Of a stretch of 64,000 bases of DNA, positions 46,003 to 59,745 are shown piece after piece (the stretch's first letter is position 1; the number at the start of each line of letters is the position of its first letter). This stretch comes from Podarcis muralis. Taxonomy: Eukaryota. Under the pieces are notes generated by a model that saw nothing but the letters and a program-made list of their open reading frames with translations, was not told the origin of the DNA and ran no database searches. A program made the translations under genes and the position numbers. The stretch spans positions 75,268,001-75,332,000 of the forward strand of contig NC_135659.1 in the NCBI RefSeq assembly GCF_964188315.1, in the 5' to 3' direction.

Positions 46003-46391
46003 CAGTGGTGTTGCATTGGGGGCAGGGGGGCATGGCCCTGGGCACATGAGGGGCACAACCAGCTCTCCCCACAAAGGCCCCGACTTCCACAGGGATCCCT
46101 GCTTTGCTGTGGCAAAGTTGGCAGAGTAGCTCAGGCCCATGGTAAGTGGGCATGGATGGAGGCAGGCAGGCAAGGGGCAACCCCAGCACAACAAAGCACA
46201 GCACTCCTCTCTGCAGACGTTTGCAGGGATTTGCCCTCCAAGAGCTGCATTGGCCAGTCAGGCTTCCCCTCTGCAAAGACAGGCAGGAGGTGCAGCACAG
46301 CCCCACTTGGCTTGGTGGTGGTGGTGGTGGGACTCTGGCAGTGTCAGCAGCTTGCCTGCCCTGGACACCAGCAACCCACTCTATGCCACTG
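46003..46391. mobile_element. Older hAT-type element related to the CAGTGGCGTAGC family
   Basis: Termini cagtggtgttgc / ctatgccactg. The right subterminus resembles 35790-35819. TSD is a 6/8 match (taataata/tagcaata). Confidence 0.65.
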
Positions 46392-48666
46392 TAGCAATAT
46401 CTACACTTTGATTTATTTTCCTCTTCGAATTCTGATCCATTCTCATTTCTTTAAACCAGGAGTGGAGAAATAGTGGCTCATGAGCCAAATCCAGCCCACA
46501 TGGCCTTTTTGACCATCTCTTCAGCCTCCTAGTGTCATGTTAGCCTCTATGTGTCACAGCTCTTCTCCTGGCTTCTGTGCTGTGCAGCGAGAAAGGGTTT
46601 GTGCATGCATGCCCCCCTAGTTAGATGGGTGTGTATCTGATGGAAAGAGAAAATATGCTAAAAGTTGCACCAGGAGTTCATAACTCACAAAACTTGGTTG
46701 TCCTTTTTATCTACAGTATGATAATGTGATGACTAAAGAAGATAACTATCTGAAGCTGCTTTCATTCCCGAGAACTGTTAATAACCTCTCGATACACTAG
46801 TTGATAGGATCTTCAGTTCTGCAAGGATTCTGATTGGAATACTTTTTATCTGAAAACTTCAATCACTGAAGTTTATATTTATATTTTGATTTTTTGCCCA
46901 GTATCGCAGAACGATCTGCTCACCCATGCTAGAGGAAAAAAATCTAATGAGAATGTAATTGGAGAGGAATTTCAAACAGTTTGACTGGTGCCTCCCTTTT
47001 TAAAAAATGTGCATTTTCAAGTGAATCAAATCATAGGGATTCATTTATGAAAGTACCTGTAAGAAAAGAAGCATTAGAAAACTATTTTTCTTTTCTTCAT
47101 ACACTGAAACAAAAAATTAATGAGTACATTAATGATGCTTTGCCCCTTCTGTATATCTTTTCATCTGAGGATCGAAACATGTTTTGCTATCATTAATTAC
47201 TAGCAGAACTTTGATAATTAGCATTAATGACTAGGAGACCTGCAGCAGATCACGGAATTTTTGCAAATCAGCAATTAGTTTTTTTAAAAAAATGTTTTGA
47301 CACCAAGTAAAAGATATTGAATATGCCATCCATTTTTCAAGAACACAGATTAGGTTAGAAACAGGGTTGGAGTAGGGTGGAGAAACAAAATATTTGTAGA
47401 TCACTCATGTTTTGCCAGTTTCTTTCAGTCTCATTCAAGGGGCTGCCACAGGCAAACCTTTAAAGCCCTAAACAGCTTAGGCTCTGTTAACTTACAGCAC
47501 CTCTACTTATATCGATTCTCTTTATGTCCTTAAAGTCACCTAGTGATGCCCTCTTTCACATGCTGCCAAAATCAAAGTTTAGGCTGATCACTATAGAGAG
47601 CAATGCCTTTTCTGTTGTGACACCACAAATGTCGAACTCTTTCCCTTGAGTTGTTCCCCATGCACAATCCTCCATTGATTCTGAAAACAACTGAAGACCT
47701 TTATTTTTCCGGAAGAGATTTTAAAATTGTGATGTCAGGTAATTTTAAAAGGTCTGCATTTAATTTACTGGGATAGTTCAATAATTTATACTCTGCCTTG
47801 GTTCTCTACTTTTAAGAAAAGACCAGCAAGAAATACCCCAAAATAAATATTATACAGGTGTTTGAAAATGCATTAAGATTCATCTTAGATACTTTCTCTT
47901 CCTGTCCTGTAAAATAACCCACTCACTTTATCTCATCCAGTGGTCAAATTGGCCTTGTCTGATTCCCAGCAATTTCAGAAGAAATGAAAAAAAATAAAAA
48001 TCTGCCATTGCAACAGCAAAGGAAGCTATGAAAATAGAAAAGGATGACCTATATGCCAAAAGTCAAAGAAAGGGAAGGCATATTTAATTTCCTTTCTTAT
48101 ATATTCTGTTGAAGGCATGCTTATTTCAGTGACCATAGTCTTTGTGCCAATTTTTATTTCTATGCCAATGAAATTTTATCTCTCTACCCATAAAGTTATG
48201 TGGCTAGCCATAGTATGTAAATAGAAATGAACATATTGTGTAGTGTTTTTCAGGCTGTTAAAATGTTGACCATTGTCTTAACCATTTTTCTAAAATTAAA
48301 AGAATATGTAAATAATTTTTCATTGGCAGTGAAAGTAAACTTTGTACTGAAATATTGTTGCATAGGTTCATAGCTTGGGGACACACTTGGATTCATTACC
48401 ATCTCTGCAGGATTAAGTAGCAGGGAGCATTTTTTTATTAGCTTTGGCAGGCAGCCCAGACAGGCTCCTATCTGGATGTGAATCACCTGATTTCAGTTGT
48501 CTACCTTTTGCTAACCTCTTGTTTAGATTACTGCAAAGCATTATATGTTGGGCTGCCTATGAAAACTATGTGGAAACTGTAGCTAATGTACAATCCTGCA
48601 GCCAAACTAACAGCTAACAACAACACCAACAATGTTGATGCCTCAAACATATAACTCCTATTCTGG

Positions 48667-49095
48667 TGTCATGAACTGGTTGGACACAGAGGAATGGTGG
48701 GAGGAACCAGCTAGGGAACCACCAAGGGCAGTGGCGTAGCGTGGGTTGTCAGCACCTGGGGAAGGCAAGTAATTTGCACCCCCTAACCCGTGGATTTGCG
48801 CCCCCTAACCTGTGGATTTGCCCTAACCCCAGATGTTGCGCCCGGTGCGGCCGGCCCCCCCTGCACCCCCCACGCTGCACCACTGACCAAGGGTAAAAAT
48901 GTTCAGAGCCCAGGGAGGGGTGATGGGACAAGACTGAGTGGTCAGAGGAAGAAGATGGAGGAGACTGGGAAGAGGAGGTGTCAGAAGCTGAAGAAGTAAC
49001 AGGGCTTAGTGAGCTGGGAAAGTCTTTGGCAGAGAGAAGTCCAGAATCAGAGACAGAAACTGAACCTCTTCAAAGTAATTAAGACAGGCCAAAAC
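48667..49095 (+). mobile_element. LTR-like fragment with nested hAT MITE
   Basis: Starts TGTCATG and has a purine-rich body resembling the 29586 solo LTR; no right end found. Confidence 0.45.
48729..48885. mobile_element. hAT MITE (CAGTGGCGTAGCGTGGG family)
   Basis: TIRs and a perfect 8-bp TSD accaaggg; opposite orientation to 35653. Confidence 0.92.
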
Positions 49096-49261
49096 CATTA
49101 TACCACAAACAGCCTGATCCAACCAGCAGGGCCTTGTACGTTTGCATCTTGAATCTAAACTCAAATCTTATTAATCAGTTATTTAGAAGGAGGCACAGAG
49201 GGGCTCAATACAATCTACATTGTTTCCCTGTCCCCACAGCTTATCAGTGGAATTCCAGCTA

Positions 49262-49519
49262 CTGTATTTTTCGCTCTATAAGACGCACCAGACCACAAGA
49301 CGCACCTAGTTTTTGGAGGAGGAAAACAAGGAAAAAAATATTCTGAATCTCAGAAGCCAAAACAGCAAGAGGGGTCGCTGCGCAGTGAAAGCAGCAATCC
49401 CTCTTGCTGTTCTGGCTTCTGGAATAGCTGCGCAGCCTGCATTCGCTCCATAAGACGCACACACATTTCCCCTTACTTTTTAGGAGGGGAAAAGTGAGTC
49501 TTATAGAGCAAAAAATACG
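49262..49519. mobile_element. Tc1/mariner (Tc2-like) MITE
   Basis: TIRs tgtatttttcgctctataagac / gtcttatagagcaaaaaatacg. Confidence 0.8.
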
Positions 49520-51122
49520 ATATATGTAAAGGTTTCTCACAGCAGCCCAGATGCTCTGTGTATGATCTGTTGGATTGGATTCAAAACCTATTTATGTTCG
49601 TTAGATTCCAGGAGGTTGTTATGCTACATAAAATACTTGAAAATTGCACTCAAATTCTGTACTCGGAATAAATTATGCACATCAGTGCAATACATGCCAA
49701 TGTGCTTATTTTTATTTAGAAGTCATTTTGCAGCAGGAGGTGATGGGCAATATGAATCTAAGGTTAGCAGTATTTCAGCGGCAGCCACAATGCAAATCTT
49801 GCAGCCATGTAAGCAAAAAAATTGCACTTGTCTGAACTCCAAGGTCCTCTGCATTGGTATGCCCATATTATTGCAAATAAAATAGCATTCTTGGCCTGCT
49901 TGTAAGCACAAATGTAGAATGTCTGGTTTTGCTAGCACAAGCCTTAAATACCAGCTTGAAAGCACAGAGAAACTTCAGTTGTTCTCCAGACTGTGCAGGC
50001 AGCTTGAAGGACAATTAACTCAATTTGCCCATCGTGCTTTAAACATCATCCCCAAATCTACCAGCTACTACCAAAGTACAGTTTCCAATAGTTTTTGTTG
50101 GTGTTTCCATAAAACAGAACATAGTTTAGCTTTCAGTTGGAAATGTTGAGGCCCTCCGAAGCCCTGCCAAATGACTGAAAATAAAATCTAGTTTGGATCT
50201 GTAAACTGAACAAAATTGATATAAAGAGAACAGATGTCGAATAAATACAGGGACACGGTGATGCCATTTTACAACCATTCTTCCTGACCATTTTTTTAAA
50301 GGGTTATCTTGGATTCCAGGGTGGTGCGGTGAAAATATATTATTGTGCGGCAATCATTCATTCTAGCAGCTTGCGCGGTTCCATGAAATATTTGATTGTT
50401 TGGGACAAACACAACTCAGAAGTTTAATCTTGTATCTTATTTTCAGTGGACTTTTATTTTTATCTATAACTTCATCTGTGAAGGCTTCACAGCTATGGGG
50501 AGCCATTCAACAATATAACAATATAAAGATCTCTGCCTTTAGGACAATGTCCCTGGCTCAAAGGTGATGGGCAAATTGTGAGGAAGATCAACAATGTTTT
50601 TGCTATGGTTGGGTCCTCACTGGACCCAACTGGTTATAATGTAAGACTGATGTATCCCCCTTATCCTTCTCACAGTTTAATCACAGCATATTTGGAGTGC
50701 AAGTATTTCTGTTTTCTTGTATCTTAGGGCAATTAACATTTATGGTGGCACCATACTCTTTATGAAAATTGGCATTTCCACATGAGGACTATAAAAGCTG
50801 CTACAATTATTTCCATGATCTCCATGGCCCTGTAAAGGCAAGTTGCAATTCCACAAAACTCAGTGATCACAGGTACAGTCTCCACATGGAGTGTCAATTT
50901 TTACAAACTGTGGCTCTGTGTGAGCACTGCCCAGCCATGAACATGGACATAATCCCTAATGCTCTAAAGCACTAACTGATGTATGTCTACTGCTACTGTA
51001 CCTAGAAGCCTATGTCCAAAAGTAAACACTCTTATCACTGAACAGAATAGCTCTATATTGCAATGACACTGGATAATTACTCCACTAAGTAGCTGGCTTA
51101 GCAACAGTTATTGAAGCTAAAG

Positions 51123-51358
51123 CAGGGGTCAGCAGACTTTTTCAGCAGGGGGCTGGTCCACTGTCCCTCAGACCTTGTGGGGGACTGAACTATATTTTTT
51201 GGTGGGGAAATGAACAAATTCCTATGCCTTACAAATAACCCAGAGATGCATTTTAAATAAAAGGACACATTTTACTCATGTAAAAACACACTGATTCCCG
51301 GACCATCCATGGGCCGGAATTAGATCCGGCCCTCCGGGCCTTAGCTTGCCTACGCATG
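51123..51358. mobile_element. hAT MITE
   Basis: Left TIR caggggtcagcagac and a perfect 8-bp TSD agctaaag. Confidence 0.88.
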
Positions 51359-52924
51359 AGCTAAAGCTTTCTTTATCTACCAGAGGGTGAAACTTGTAGG
51401 ATCACAGTTACATAATTATGAGAAGAAATGCTACTGGTTTAAACTCATGAGGTCACACCAGTTTGGATGCTCAATACAGGAAAACTTTCTTTGTGTGTGC
51501 AATGCTGGGCTTATTTCTAGGATGACAAAATTGTTTTTATCATCATTATTTATTAAATTTATAAGCTGCCCTTCATCTAAAGATCACTGGTTGTTTTACA
51601 ATCTCAGATAATTTAGCTAATTTATTATTAGATATGTGATGTCTCTCCAATAACAAAAATGCAGTCCTTAATCTCAGGAGCACTGTAGTATTCTATAAGG
51701 AAGGGCTGGAGGACCTTGTTCAGCCAATTCCTTCTAAAAACCTTCTGAAGGCAGGGCAAGAAGCAAAAACAGACAGAACAATGGATGCCAATTTTAACTT
51801 TGTATAGCAGAGTAGTTTCAACACGCCCTCACCACTCTCCAGCCATTATCCAAGCAAGCAAGCAAGAATCAACATCAAAGTTCAAGGACATATTTGAGCG
51901 AAGCAAAACTAAAGGGATATGAAGCAGGGCAAGTGAGTGGTGTTGCCTTGGGAGAATTCCACAGGCTAAACAGAAAACTCTTGAGGTCTGCATCTGGTCC
52001 CTAGACCTGAGGTTTCCCACCCTGGCTACAAGGAGTTGTGGTAGAAGAATCTGTGCAAGAAGCTTGCTTCTTAAGAAGACACGTATGACATCACTTCTGT
52101 CTTGGATCAGCCTGTGGGTTAAAAAGGACTTGAACACATATTCAAGGAAGGAGGATCATGCAAAATGCTACTTATTATACTTTACTGCAGTCTTACAATG
52201 TTGTAGCTTGAGAAAGGCACTCCCATTATGTCAATGGCAGATTTATTTATTTTTGTCTTTCTTCCTGCTGAATGTAATCAGCATGTGCCACTCATTGTGC
52301 CACGGAGATCAAGGAGTCCAAGATTGTGGTTGCATTAAAAATACATCTCTGGATAATTTTATTACCATGAATAATGCCTGCAATTACATGCAGCGCTAGG
52401 AATAAAACTATAGGCTGCTGATTTTAAGAAAGCAGTATATCCTACTAATAATTCTGTAGGAGCACAATAGGAGACTGTGTGGAGTCCTGGTGGCTTTGAT
52501 CTATTCATAAAGAGCATCTACATCCGGTTACCACTACCAGGGCTGGGACACATTCATTCATGGCACTAAAATCTGCAGGCTATGTGATGCTGTCCATGGT
52601 AATCCCCAGTCCATTTTCGTATCAAGCTCAGGAAAACATGAGATTTGCATAGACAGAACCATCTTCCTAGGGAAAGTGGCATATTCTAGGACTGTACTTT
52701 TCCTTCTTGTCTGTTCTTGTACATAATACAAGGTAAACATGCCCATCAGGTGCTGCTCAGTGTTAGGTGCTAGTCTTCCAGAGCTCATTTTCTATATCAG
52801 GAGCCAGCAACTGATATCTAAAGGGTCATCCCCAACCTGCAGATGATCAGGACTTGAACATAAGAGTCTGTTGGATCAAGCCAGCAACCTATCCAATCCA
52901 GCACCCTTGTTCTTGCAGTGGCCC

Positions 52925-53344
52925 AAATCAGGACCTGAGCACAACAGGACTATCCCTTCCTGCAGGAGTCAGCTTCACCTGCTGAACAACAGCCTGAAGG
53001 GGGAGAAGGCAGAGTGATTCCACCTGCAGCTGGTTAGCCTTCAAGGACACAGAGAAGGCACTGATGAGAAACAGCTGGCTCCAGTCTTCTCTAGCAGAGC
53101 TTCCAGCACCAGTCAAATGCTGGTAACAACACTTGTAGTTCCTGGTTCTACCTTGCTGCTTCCTGGTCGTCTTGACCCTATGATTATCGAATTCCCTGAC
53201 CCCTGGACCATCTGATCATGTGGATTGCTGTTCACCCGACTCTAGGGCTGGACTTGACTTTGGATGCTGCCTCTGCCTCCCGGCAAGTACATGTTGCTGG
53301 CCTCCCATTCCACTGAGCCTTGCTCAGCAAGGAGACTACGACAG
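52925..53344. mobile_element. Degraded LTR-like remnant
   Basis: Begins atcaggacctg and ends gactacgaca; composition is like Gypsy solo LTRs; no TSD confirmed. Confidence 0.35.
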
Positions 53345-53479
53345 TTTCCAACAACTGGTATACAGAAACATGCTGCCTCCGACACTCATGTAGGAAAGCA
53401 CAGCACATCTTTCTGTTTATTGCAGTGCTTGTGTGACCTGTAGACACACGTTCTGGACCTACATGGTTTGGTTTTTTTC

Positions 53480-53640
53480 AGGGTACCCTCTTGGCCCCTG
53501 TCTTTGTCAACACCTGAAAAGCATTTTCTGTGGTTGCTCCACATTTATGGAATGTTCATTCCAGGAAGGCCCACCTGGCACCAGCTTTGCATCATTTTGG
53601 CTCTAGCCTAAGACATTTTTGTTTTCCTGGGGCTTTGGGC
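53480..53640 (+). mobile_element. Degraded L2 3' fragment
   Basis: gcattttctgtggttgctccacatttatggaatg corresponds to RAFSVVAPxLWN. Confidence 0.55.
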
Positions 53641-54709
53641 AGCACCAATGATTAGATGTTTTTACTCTGAATAGGCTATTAATATGCTCATGTATTTTCA
53701 TGGCTGTATTTTATACTTTTCAGCAGCGACTGATAAATTCCATTAAATAAATAGATCCCCGAATACATCCCAATAGCCAGTGCAACTGAGAGAAAGTTGC
53801 CTGAATATTTCCTCTTCTCTCCACCTCTGTCAGTGAATAGGAACCATTCCCACTAGCTGAAGCTTCCAACATATTCAAGGTATCCTTGTATTTAGCTGGT
53901 TCCCCCCCCCCCCCCGTTTTCTAGCCTACAAATGCACTGAAATTTTGGCAAGAGCCTTAGTTCTGTTTGCCTTACCTTTTAAGGTTGCATCCAGTTCTTA
54001 AAAAAAACAACACAACTAAATAAATATGGGCTCTTTTCCTCCATCCTTGCTACAGATGGCACTGGCAACACACCATCTGGAGCAACAGCTGGCACTGTGG
54101 AAGAAAGGGCACCTAGGAAGGTGTGGGGGTGGCTCTTGCCCACGTAAGAAGTGAACAGTGGATTGATGAAAGGGAGCTGAACAAAACAAAATTCCTCTTG
54201 GGCAATTTTCAAGGTAATGGAGGAATAGAATTATACAAGGAAATGATTGACAAATTAGAAGCACTTTGCACCTCGTTTTAATGTGCTCAGATCTTTGGGA
54301 GGAAAAATATGTTAAGTTTCAAATTACTCATCTTGCCAATAGCTGCCATCCTGGAAATCAGAATTGATTTTGATGCTTTGTGCAGAATTCTAAGGAAACA
54401 AATCGTTCTCTATGGTACATTGCACTCGGAAAACGGCTTTATTTGGAGATCTAGCCATGCAAGTTAATTTAAGAAATGCAGATGGTGGGTGACAATCAAG
54501 CAGATACTGCCAAGATGCACTTACTGGAGAACAGCAGCAAAGTTACTGGGTATGTTGCCATTTACACAAGCTGGAGAGAGAGCCTGATCCTCTGGAAGAA
54601 TGATAGTGGTAGAACTGGGAGCCTATCAGGCTTCTTTAAGACCAACGTCCCTGCAAGATTTATTAGCCTCTTGTTTGTGGTACACAGGAGATGAGCATAT
54701 CATATTATA

Positions 54710-55027
54710 CAGGCCTGCCACCGCCGGCTCTTACCGGCACTTCGCTGCGTGGCTGCCCACTTCCGGGTTGGAGGAGCACCAGAAATAGCTTGTGTGCATG
54801 TGCAAGCATTATTTGTGCATGCGCAAGCGTAGTTTCTGGTGCACATCCAGGTCGGAGGAGGTCCGTGCACATGCACACAAGCTATTTCCGGTGCTCCTCT
54901 GACCCAGAAGTGCGCCAGAAATAGCATGTGTGCACGCGTATGGGCATGCACTCCCCCACCCTCTGGCCCACCGTGCGATTGGTGCTGGAGACACCGTCCC
55001 AAGGCACGGTAAGTTTGCTGACCCCTG
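54710..55027. mobile_element. hAT-type MITE with internal inverted repeat (left end degraded)
   Basis: Right TIR gtttgctgacccctg is essentially the same as the left TIR of 51123. Confidence 0.7.
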
Positions 55028-56227
55028 GGCTAACCCTATATCTTGGACTACAAAACTCAAGGAAAAAGGTTCCTTTTGCACTGCTATAACAACGTTTATC
55101 CTAAGCAACATAACTTGTGGGGGTGGGGAGTTTGCAGCTAGGGTAGGAAAGGAAACAAGAGGCAAGTTTTGGTTATGTAGCAATCTTGCTTTTCTTTAAT
55201 TAGTCTAATTACTTATTACACTTATTTCATTTTTGAATTGCATCTCAAAACAATTTCACAACACAATAAAAATGTATATAAAACAACTGGATATATATCT
55301 GTGTGTCTGTCTGTTAAAATAACCAAGAAGGTATGGTGGTAAAGGAGACGATGGTGAGTTTACAGAGAGAGCAAGGTTTTAGGATTACTTATCCGTAATC
55401 TGGCTGGTAAATTTAAAGAGGCAGGTAAAAGGGCAAAGATTGCTTCCTTTTCTCTCCAACTGAAACAAGATAAACCAAGAGCGGATTGCAAACTATAAAG
55501 GCTATTTACACAAGTTCATGTGAAATTGTCAACTATGCAAATCAAAGTACATGTTGGTAAATATTAGGGGTGAGGGCATAACGGTATTAATCATACTCTT
55601 AGTTTAGTGCAAAATCATCATTTCCTTCACATTAAATTTGAGAGAGGTGTGGTTAATGCTCCCTTTTAAATGACACATTTATGCTTTGCTTGTGATGAAA
55701 ATTATTGCAGGTGACATTTTAATTTAAAGTGCTACTGTAATTCTTAGATGTATTATCAACCTGAAATGAATTTATTTTTAAAACACCATAGTAAGCATTA
55801 AAAAAGAAATCGGTGTTTCAACAGATCTCTATTATAACAATACTATATATATTTCAGGAACTTTTTAACATTTTTGTTTAGAACTGAATCTAATAATGCT
55901 ATGTCAACTTTATTGTCTCACTGGAATAGCCATTTTCCATTCATTCCACCCCCACAACTCCTTTTTTATTTAATACTTACAAGAAGTGCATTGTAAATGA
56001 ACAATTCAAGCACTCAAGTGGGCTACCGGGTACCTGTACCTTGGTGGGCTCAGCTGGTCGGGGTGGGGGCAGCTATGGACTAGCTGCTCTTTTGTTTCAG
56101 TTTATAACTTTCTACTAACAAGACTCCTGCCCTGGGCCTCAGACAAGCTCTGCATGGGCTTGCTTAGAGTATATCAAGTAAAGTCAGTATGCTTTAATAA
56201 CTTAGGTTTCAGTGAATCTAATTAGAG

Positions 56228-56363
56228 CAGGCTTCTTCAACCTCGGCCCTCCAGATGTTTTTGGCCTACAACTCCCATGATCCCTAGCTAGCAGGACCAG
56301 TGGTCAGGGATGGTGGGAATTGTAGTCTCAAAACATCTGGAGGGCCACGGTTGAGGAAGCCTG
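56228..56363. mobile_element. hAT MITE (6747 family)
   Basis: TIRs caggcttcttcaacc / ggttgaggaagcctg and a perfect 8-bp TSD aattagag. Confidence 0.92.
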
Positions 56364-56764
56364 AATTAGAGTATGGCTCAGTTGTATGCGATGAAATGAG
56401 AGCGATCCCATGCTAGTCATACTCAAAGTGTTGCTGGCATCTGTCTGTCTTGAGAGACAACAAACCATGGCGTTACTAGCACCAAAATGACCATCCCAGG
56501 GCACAAGCCTGGGCATTGTGCATGGACGTGACTCGTACTTCCAAAATGTTGCTTCGTGGAATCTATTTTATGTTGTCTGCAAAAGTGTACTAAACCTTCT
56601 ATTTTATTTAAATTACAGTAATGTGCTCCACACAATTCTTGTTCTTTTATTGTTTGACTTGTCATTGTGTCGTTGTTTTGAAAACTCAAGAAACGTCCTT
56701 TATTTTTCAAACTCCCATTCAGGAAAGAGTATAGATCTATGGGAGCATTCTATGGGGTGGCCCT

Positions 56765-57018
56765 GAGAGCCAGTGTGGTGTAGTGGTTAATAGTGGTAGT
56801 CTTGCAATCTGGGGAACCGGGTTCGCATCTCTGCTCCTCCACATGCAGCTGCTGGGTGACCTTGGGCTAGTCACACTTCTCTGAAGTCTCTCAGCCCCAC
56901 TCACCTCACAGAGTGTTTGTTGTGGGGGAGGAAGGGAAAGGAGAATGTTAGCCGCTTTGAGACTCCTTCAGGTAGTGATAAAGTGCGATATCGAATCCAA
57001 ACTCTTCTTCTTCTCTTC
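56765..57018 (+). mobile_element. Squam3-like SINE, full length
   Basis: Starts gagagccagtgtggtgtagtggtt, has B box gggttcgc and a TTC tail. Confidence 0.88.
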
Positions 57019-57123
57019 AACATCCCTACATTCACAGACTGCTTAGAATGTTGTATGCATGTAGGAATATTGTTTACTGAGGACAAGATCATCTGACTGA
57101 GCCATCAGTGTGCAATGATTCTA

Positions 57124-57337
57124 CAGTCATACCTTGGATCCCGAACACCTTGCGACTTGAACGTTTTGCCTCCCGAATGCCGCAAACCCAGAAGTAAGTG
57201 TTCTGGTTTGCGAATGTTATTTGGAAGCCAAACGTCCGGCACAGCTTCCAATTGAGTGTGGGAAGCTCCTGCAGCCAATTGGAAGCCGTGCCTTGGTTGT
57301 CAAACGTTTTCAAAAGTCAAACAACCAAGGTACAATG
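57124..57337. mobile_element. Tc1/mariner MITE
   Basis: cagtcataccttgg / ccaaggtacaatg with TA flanks. Confidence 0.75.
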
Positions 57338-57339
57338 TA

Positions 57340-57707
57340 AGGTAAAGGTAAAGGTACCCCTGCCCGTACTGGCCAGTCGTGTCCGACTCTAGGGTTGTGC
57401 GCCCATCTCACTTAAGAGGCCGGGGGCCAGCGCTGTCCGGAGACACTTCCGGGTCACGTGGCCAGCGTGACGAAGCTGCTCTGGCGAGCCAGCACCAGTA
57501 CAGCACACGGAAACGCCGTTTACCTTCCCGCTATAAAGCGGTACCTATTTATCTACTTGCACTTAAGGGTGCTTTCGAACTGCTAGGTGGGCAGGAGCTG
57601 GGACCGAAAGACGGGAGCTCACCCCGCCGCGGGGATTCGAACCGCTGACCATGCGATCAGCAAGCCCTAGGCACTGAGGTTTTACCCACAGCGCCACCCG
57701 CATCCCT
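57340..57707 (-). mobile_element. Sauria SINE (Squam1-like), full length
   Basis: tRNA-like head with B box ggttcgaatccc, an (ACCTTT)n tail, and a 12-bp TSD aggtacaatgta. Confidence 0.9.
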
Positions 57708-58736
57708 AGGTACAATGTACCTGATTATTATTCTTCCTTGCCTCCTATTGTCCCCCAGTTTTGTCTTTGGTTTTTATATTCCACTATAATGGTGTCTAGG
57801 AGCAGGGCAGCGGTGGGGGGATTAAAAAAATCATTGACTTGTGAGAAATTAGCTGACTTATAATAATTTGAACATAAATTCCTTCTAGCCCCACCGAAAA
57901 CAATCTGAAGCATTTGCCAGCATGAATCACTGAGCTATAAAAACTCTAGAATATAAGGCTAAAAAAAAAGACTAATGGAAATGATAATGTGATTATCACT
58001 GGTGATTCACTCAAATCTAGTAAATCAATTACCAACAAGGAGCCAGCTAAAATGTCTAGAAGGGTTTGCTCCCTCCCATCGCCAACTGGCAGCCAAATTA
58101 GTAACTGATTATAGGTCCTCACTGATGTATTCTTATTATTTGCACACTCCAAAAAATATGCCACAGATAACTGTTTTATTTTCCAAGTGTGCAGCATTCA
58201 TTTCTCATCAAACTAAAGTATCTGTCCTTATCTGCTCTATTTTATTTGGAGTGCTGTGCTGCAAATCCTTTTCTACTCAAATCATATCTGGACCACTAAT
58301 TATGAGTTCCCTCCATGAATGATTAGGAAAAAAAGATTTTGTGTGTGTGCAGAGACTGCTCCAGTTTGCTCATAGTTTTTGGTACATGCAAATTAGCACA
58401 ATGCCATTTGGGAACTAGAATGCAGGGATGAGCTGGCATTGGCTCCCAGAAATTCTGCATTTGAGTCATGATGCCCTGGCTTCAGATTGGCTGCTGGAAG
58501 CTGACCTGCCTTCAGTTCAGTTTTATGTGGCTTGTGCATGAGATGAAATGGGGGGCTCTCACAATGTATTGTTTGTTTATTGAAGGCTGTGCTTTCATAA
58601 AAAATACAGCAAGGCCATAGACAATATGCAACAACATTATAATCAGATCAATGAAAACACCACAGGGAAAAATCATAGATACGTCAGTAAACACTACTTG
58701 GGAGAAAAGCTCACATTCCAAAGGCCTGCCTGAATA

Positions 58737-58951
58737 CAGTGGTACTTAGGGTTACAGGCGCTTCAGGTTACAGACTCCCCTAACCCCGAAATAGTACCTC
58801 GGGTTAAGAACTTTTCTTCAGGATGAGAACAGAAATCGGGTGGCAGCGGTGCAGCTGCTGCGGGAGTCCCCATTAGCTAAAGTGGTACCTCAGGTTAAGA
58901 AGAGTTTCAGGTTAAGAACGGACCTCCAGTTCTTAACCCGAGGTACCACTG
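58737..58951. mobile_element. Tc1/mariner MITE
   Basis: cagtggtactta / gaggtaccactg with TA flanks. Confidence 0.88.
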
Positions 58952-59503
58952 TAACAGTTTTCAGAGAAGACTTAAATAAGGCAGGGATGATTCCTGCTGA
59001 GTCTCTAGTGGCAGGGAGTTCCACAGGACCTGCCACACTAAAGGCAGAGTCTTTGGTAAAGGCCAGCTGTGACCAAGCTAAACTATGCAAAATCTGCCAA
59101 ATCCAATATTATTTTCTTTAAAAGGTCTTGGAGAAGGAAGTAGGTGAAAGCCAAGTGTTCCCATTTTGCCTATTGTGAACCCTCCCCCTAAACAATTCCT
59201 ACACACCTTCCTCAGGAGACTGGCCAATAACACACTGCAGATCCTGAGGGACGGAGGAGGGCTGCAGTTCTGCCAGAAACTCTGGGAAGAGGAAGCAGCA
59301 CCTACTTTTTAAAGTAGAGTTGGGGTACAAATTCAATTCAGTACTCATTTACAGCCGAATCTGCACTTTCTGCACCTAAACCAAAACACAGCCTTTCTTT
59401 GAAATGCACACTTCTTCAAACTTGGCAATGCAGCTCTTCAGCTGAGTAACGTGTACAAAACTGCATTTACGGGAGTAAAAATGCGTACAAAATTTGTCCT
59501 ATA

Positions 59504-59745
59504 CAGTGGTACCTCTGGTTGCGAACGCTTCTGGTTACGATCGCTTCAGGTTACGAACTCCGCTAACCCGGAAGTAGCTACTCTTGGTTGCAAACTTTGC
59601 CCCAGGATGCAAATGGAAATCATGCGCCTGGGGCATGCGCGCAGTGGGAGACCCCATTAGCAAAAGCACGCCTCAGGATAAGAACGGTTTCAGCTTATAA
59701 ACGGACCTCCGGAACGAATTAAGTTCGCAACCAGAGGTACCACTG
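59504..59745. mobile_element. Tc1/mariner MITE
   Basis: Perfect TIR cagtggtacctctggttgcgaac with TA flanks. Confidence 0.92.

Noticed and set aside
56765-56830. tRNA genes at SINE heads (also 21700, 25593, 44995, 57700)
   Set aside because: A/B boxes continue into SINE bodies and tails, with no complete cloverleaf.
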